Assembly: GCA_950097015.1 (NCBI GenBank)
Contig: CATNEN010000025.1
Coordinates: 8,680,001-8,744,000, forward strand
Direction of reading: 5' to 3'
From: Macrostomum hystrix
Lineage: Eukaryota; Animalia; Platyhelminthes
DNA length: 64,000 nt
Under the pieces are notes generated by a model. The model saw only the letters and a list, made by a program, of their open reading frames with translations, did not search any database and was not told the origin of the DNA. Both the position numbers and the translations under genes were made by a program. Each line of letters begins with the position of its first letter. Position 1 is the first letter of the stretch. Shown piece by piece: positions 61,395 through 64,000 of this stretch.

Positions 61395-61960
61395 AGTTGT
61401 CAAGCGTTGACCCAGACTTTTTGACAACATTTTGACACCTGTACTTTAAACGCACTCATCGAACCCGAGAGGGTCCGATTCTCTATAAATACAAGAGCTC
61501 CGAAGCGAGCCCAGATTCAGAGTCTCGCCGAGACGAGCAGAGTCTCGCAGAAAAGAGAAAACGGAGAGTCTGAAGTGGATTGGACTCCAGGTCCAAGACT
61601 TGTGGTAAGAGTTCCTTGATTTATCCTAGTTAATTAATTATTAATTAGTAAAGCTTTCTTGATCTAAGTTAAACCTCTCCGAGTAATCGTTAAACCAACG
61701 ATTACAGCGTAATCACAGACGTGTGATTATATTGAATATATTACAAAGGGTGAGCGCGGCGAGCGCCAGACTCGAGGTAAAACCTACCAGGGCTGGTAAG
61801 AAGGAACACACTCCACAAGTGACTATTGGTTAACCGACATCAACGATAAATCAGAACCAGGAAGATACCACACCTGATTACTATTGGCCCAGTGTAACCG
61901 CAACCGAGACGAGGAGAATAGATTAAATTCTCTTGCCTTCAAACGATCCAGGTACCTGAA
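61395..61960 (+). other. LTR-like or promoter-like unique segment
   Basis: TATAAATA at ~61485, donor-like GGTAAG at ~61605 and ~61797, TGT near 61398 and TTACA near 61745. No second LTR, PBS or gag/pol was seen. Confidence 0.25.
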
Positions 61961-62199
61961 AGACAACCACAAGCCAAGCGCATCAAAGCACTAAAACTTC
62001 TGCTAAATTAGTATTAATTACTGGGGCACCCAGCAGTTGCTGGAAGTGATCAATTCCTAAAAGAGAAACAAGGAACTTATCAAGCTTTTATCGGGTGCAA
62101 ATTGTTCCCATCAATGGGGAAGATGTGCAGCACTTGTTGGACACTTTTGGATCCTGTGTGAGTCTTCAGAGCTTTAGTTCCAGCAACTAAGAGAGAGAG

Positions 62200-62762
62200 A
62201 GAGTAGGGTGAGGATATGAGAGAGTAGAGTGAGGATATGAGAGAGTAGGGTGAGGATATGAGAGAGTAGGGTGAGGATATGAGAGAGTAGGGTGAGGATA
62301 TGAGAGAGTAGGGTGAGGATATGAGAGAGTAGGGTGAGGATATGAGAGAGTAGAGTGAGGATATGAGAGAGTAGGGTGAGGATATGAGAGAGTAGAGTGA
62401 GGATATGAGAGAGTAGGGTGATGATATGAGAGAGTAGGGTGAGGATATGAGAGAGTAGGGTGAGGATATGAGAGAGTAGAGTGAGGATATGAGAGAGTAG
62501 AGTGAGGATATGAGAGAGTAGGGTGAGGATATGAGAGAGTAGAGTGAGGATATGAGAGAGTAGGGTGATGATATGAGAGAGTAGAGTGAGGATATGAGAG
62601 AGTAGGGTGAGGATATGAGAGAGTAGGGTGAGGATATGAGAGAGTAGAGTGAGGATATGAGAGAGTAGGGTGAGGATATGAGAGAGTAGAGTGAGGATAT
62701 GAGAGAGTAGGGTGAGGATATGAGAGAGTAGTGTGAGGATATGAGAGAGTAGTGTGAGGATG
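62200..62762. repeat. 21-bp purine-rich minisatellite
   Basis: Unit GAGAGAGTAG(G/A)GTGAGGATAT. Confidence 0.97.
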
Positions 62763-62851
62763 TAAGATCGAACGTGTTTTAAGATAAGCGCTACAACGCT
62801 TACTAAATCCTGAACCGCCGCCAGATGGCCCTAGTCTACAGTGAGCTGCTT

Positions 62852-63075
62852 GAAGTTTTCTTTCCTGAAGTTTTCTTTCCTGGAGTTTTTTCCCTGAAGT
62901 TTTCTTCCCTGAAGTTTTCTTCCCTGAAGTTTTCATTCCTGAAGTTTTCTTTCCTGAAGTTTTCTTTCCTGAAGTTTTCTTTCCTAAAGTTTTCTTCCCT
63001 GAAGTTTTCTTTCCTGAAGTTTTCTTTCCTGAAGTTTTCTTTCCTAAAGTTTTCTTTCCAGAGTTTCGCTTTCCT
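62852..63075. repeat. 15-bp minisatellite
   Basis: Unit GAAGTTTTCTTTCCT. Confidence 0.95.
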
Positions 63076-63084
63076 AAACACTGG

Positions 63085-63790
63085 GTGCCCACCCACCCAC
63101 CTGTCTAATTAACCTGGCTGCCCACCCACCCACCTGTCTAATTAACCTGGCTGCCCACCCACCCACCTGTTTAATTAACCTGGCTGCCTACCCACCCACC
63201 TGTCTAATTAACCTGGCTGCCGACCCACCCACCTGTTTAATTAACCTGGCTGCCTATCCCACCCACCTGTCTAATTAACCTGGCTGCCCACCCACCTGTC
63301 TAATTAACCTGGCTGCCCACCCACCCACCTGTCTAATTAACCTGGCTGCCCACCCACCCACCTGTTTAATTAACCTGGCTGCCTACCCACCCACCTGTCT
63401 AATTAACCTGGCTGCCCACCCACCTGTCTAATTAACCTGGCTGCCCACCCACCCACCTGTCTAATTAACCTGGCTGCCCACCCACCCACCTGTCTAATTA
63501 ACCTGGCTGCCCACCCACCCACCTGTCTAATTAACCTAGCTGCCCACCCAACCACCTGTCTAATTAACCTGGCTGCCCACCCACCCACCTGTCTAATTAA
63601 CCTGGCTGCCCACATAACTGTCTAATTAACCTGCCCACCCACCCACCTGTCTAATAAACCTGGCTGCCCACATAACTGTCTAATTAACCTGATTTTTCTA
63701 TCTAATCAACTTAGCTACCCACCCACTTACCTATCTACTTGCATACCTACCTGCCTGCTTACCTACCTACCTACCTACCTACCCACCTAC
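63085..63790. repeat. ~29-33-bp minisatellite decaying into (CTAC)n
   Basis: Unit CCCACCCACCCACCTGTCTAATTAACCTGGCTG. Confidence 0.95.
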
Positions 63791-63797
63791 CCATCAG

Positions 63798-64000
63798 GTG
63801 ATTCTGGCCGGCGACCCGATGCAGCTCGGCCCAGTGGTCCAATCAACCTGGGCACTGAAGTTCGGCCTAGGCGAGTCCCTGCTCCACCGCCTCATAGAGA
63901 CCTCGCCGGCCTACGCCCGACGTCCCGGTCGCTATCCGGACGACGGCTACGATCCCCTGCTGGTGACGAAACTGCTGGAGAACTACCGCAGCCATCCCGC
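63798..64000 (+). CDS. Internal exon of an SF1 UPF1-like RNA helicase of the MOV10/MOV10L1/Armitage type (runs off the window)
   Basis: Acceptor ccatcag|. Peptide VILAGDPMQLGPVVQS..A.KFGLGESLLHRL...YDPLLVTKLLENYRSHP contains helicase motif III and the NYRSH motif typical of the MOV10 family. Confidence 0.88.
   Translation, partial: MILAGDPMQLGPVVQSTWALKFGLGESLLHRLIETSPAYARRPGRYPDDGYDPLLVTKLLENYRSHP

Noticed and set aside
8148-63615. Other repeat-derived ORFs in the track ([58 protein letters not shown])
   Set aside because: Each coincides exactly with a tandem array and reflects unit periodicity.

Overview
Eukaryotic, intron-rich animal genomic DNA. The mix of 64-87 nt and multi-kb introns, GC3-rich exons, the bestrophin type and the extreme minisatellite load suggests a flatworm (possibly Macrostomum-like); this is inference only. 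Left to right: a 5'-truncated LINE fused to a tRNA-derived SINE; a RING/B-box/B-box/coiled-coil TRIM gene (-) with probable TQT-rich 3' exons; a complete 24-exon, ~1256-aa voltage-gated Ca-channel alpha2delta gene (-, 10283-38061) whose long introns are packed with different tandem arrays; a complete 2-exon M1 aminopeptidase N gene (-) with a 1319-bp near-identical inverted copy of its catalytic region 2.2 kb downstream; a Penelope-like fragment with two inverted hammerhead ribozyme cores; a TIR element; a divergent class A GPCR (+); the last two exons of a bestrophin (-); and an internal exon of a MOV10/Armitage-type helicase (+) at the right edge. About 20 tandem arrays and two SINE families are present. 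The most unusual structures are the aminopeptidase palindrome, the ribozyme pair, the TQT tail of the TRIM, and satellites built from splice-site or Pol III promoter motifs. All alignments were done by eye; no searches were run.
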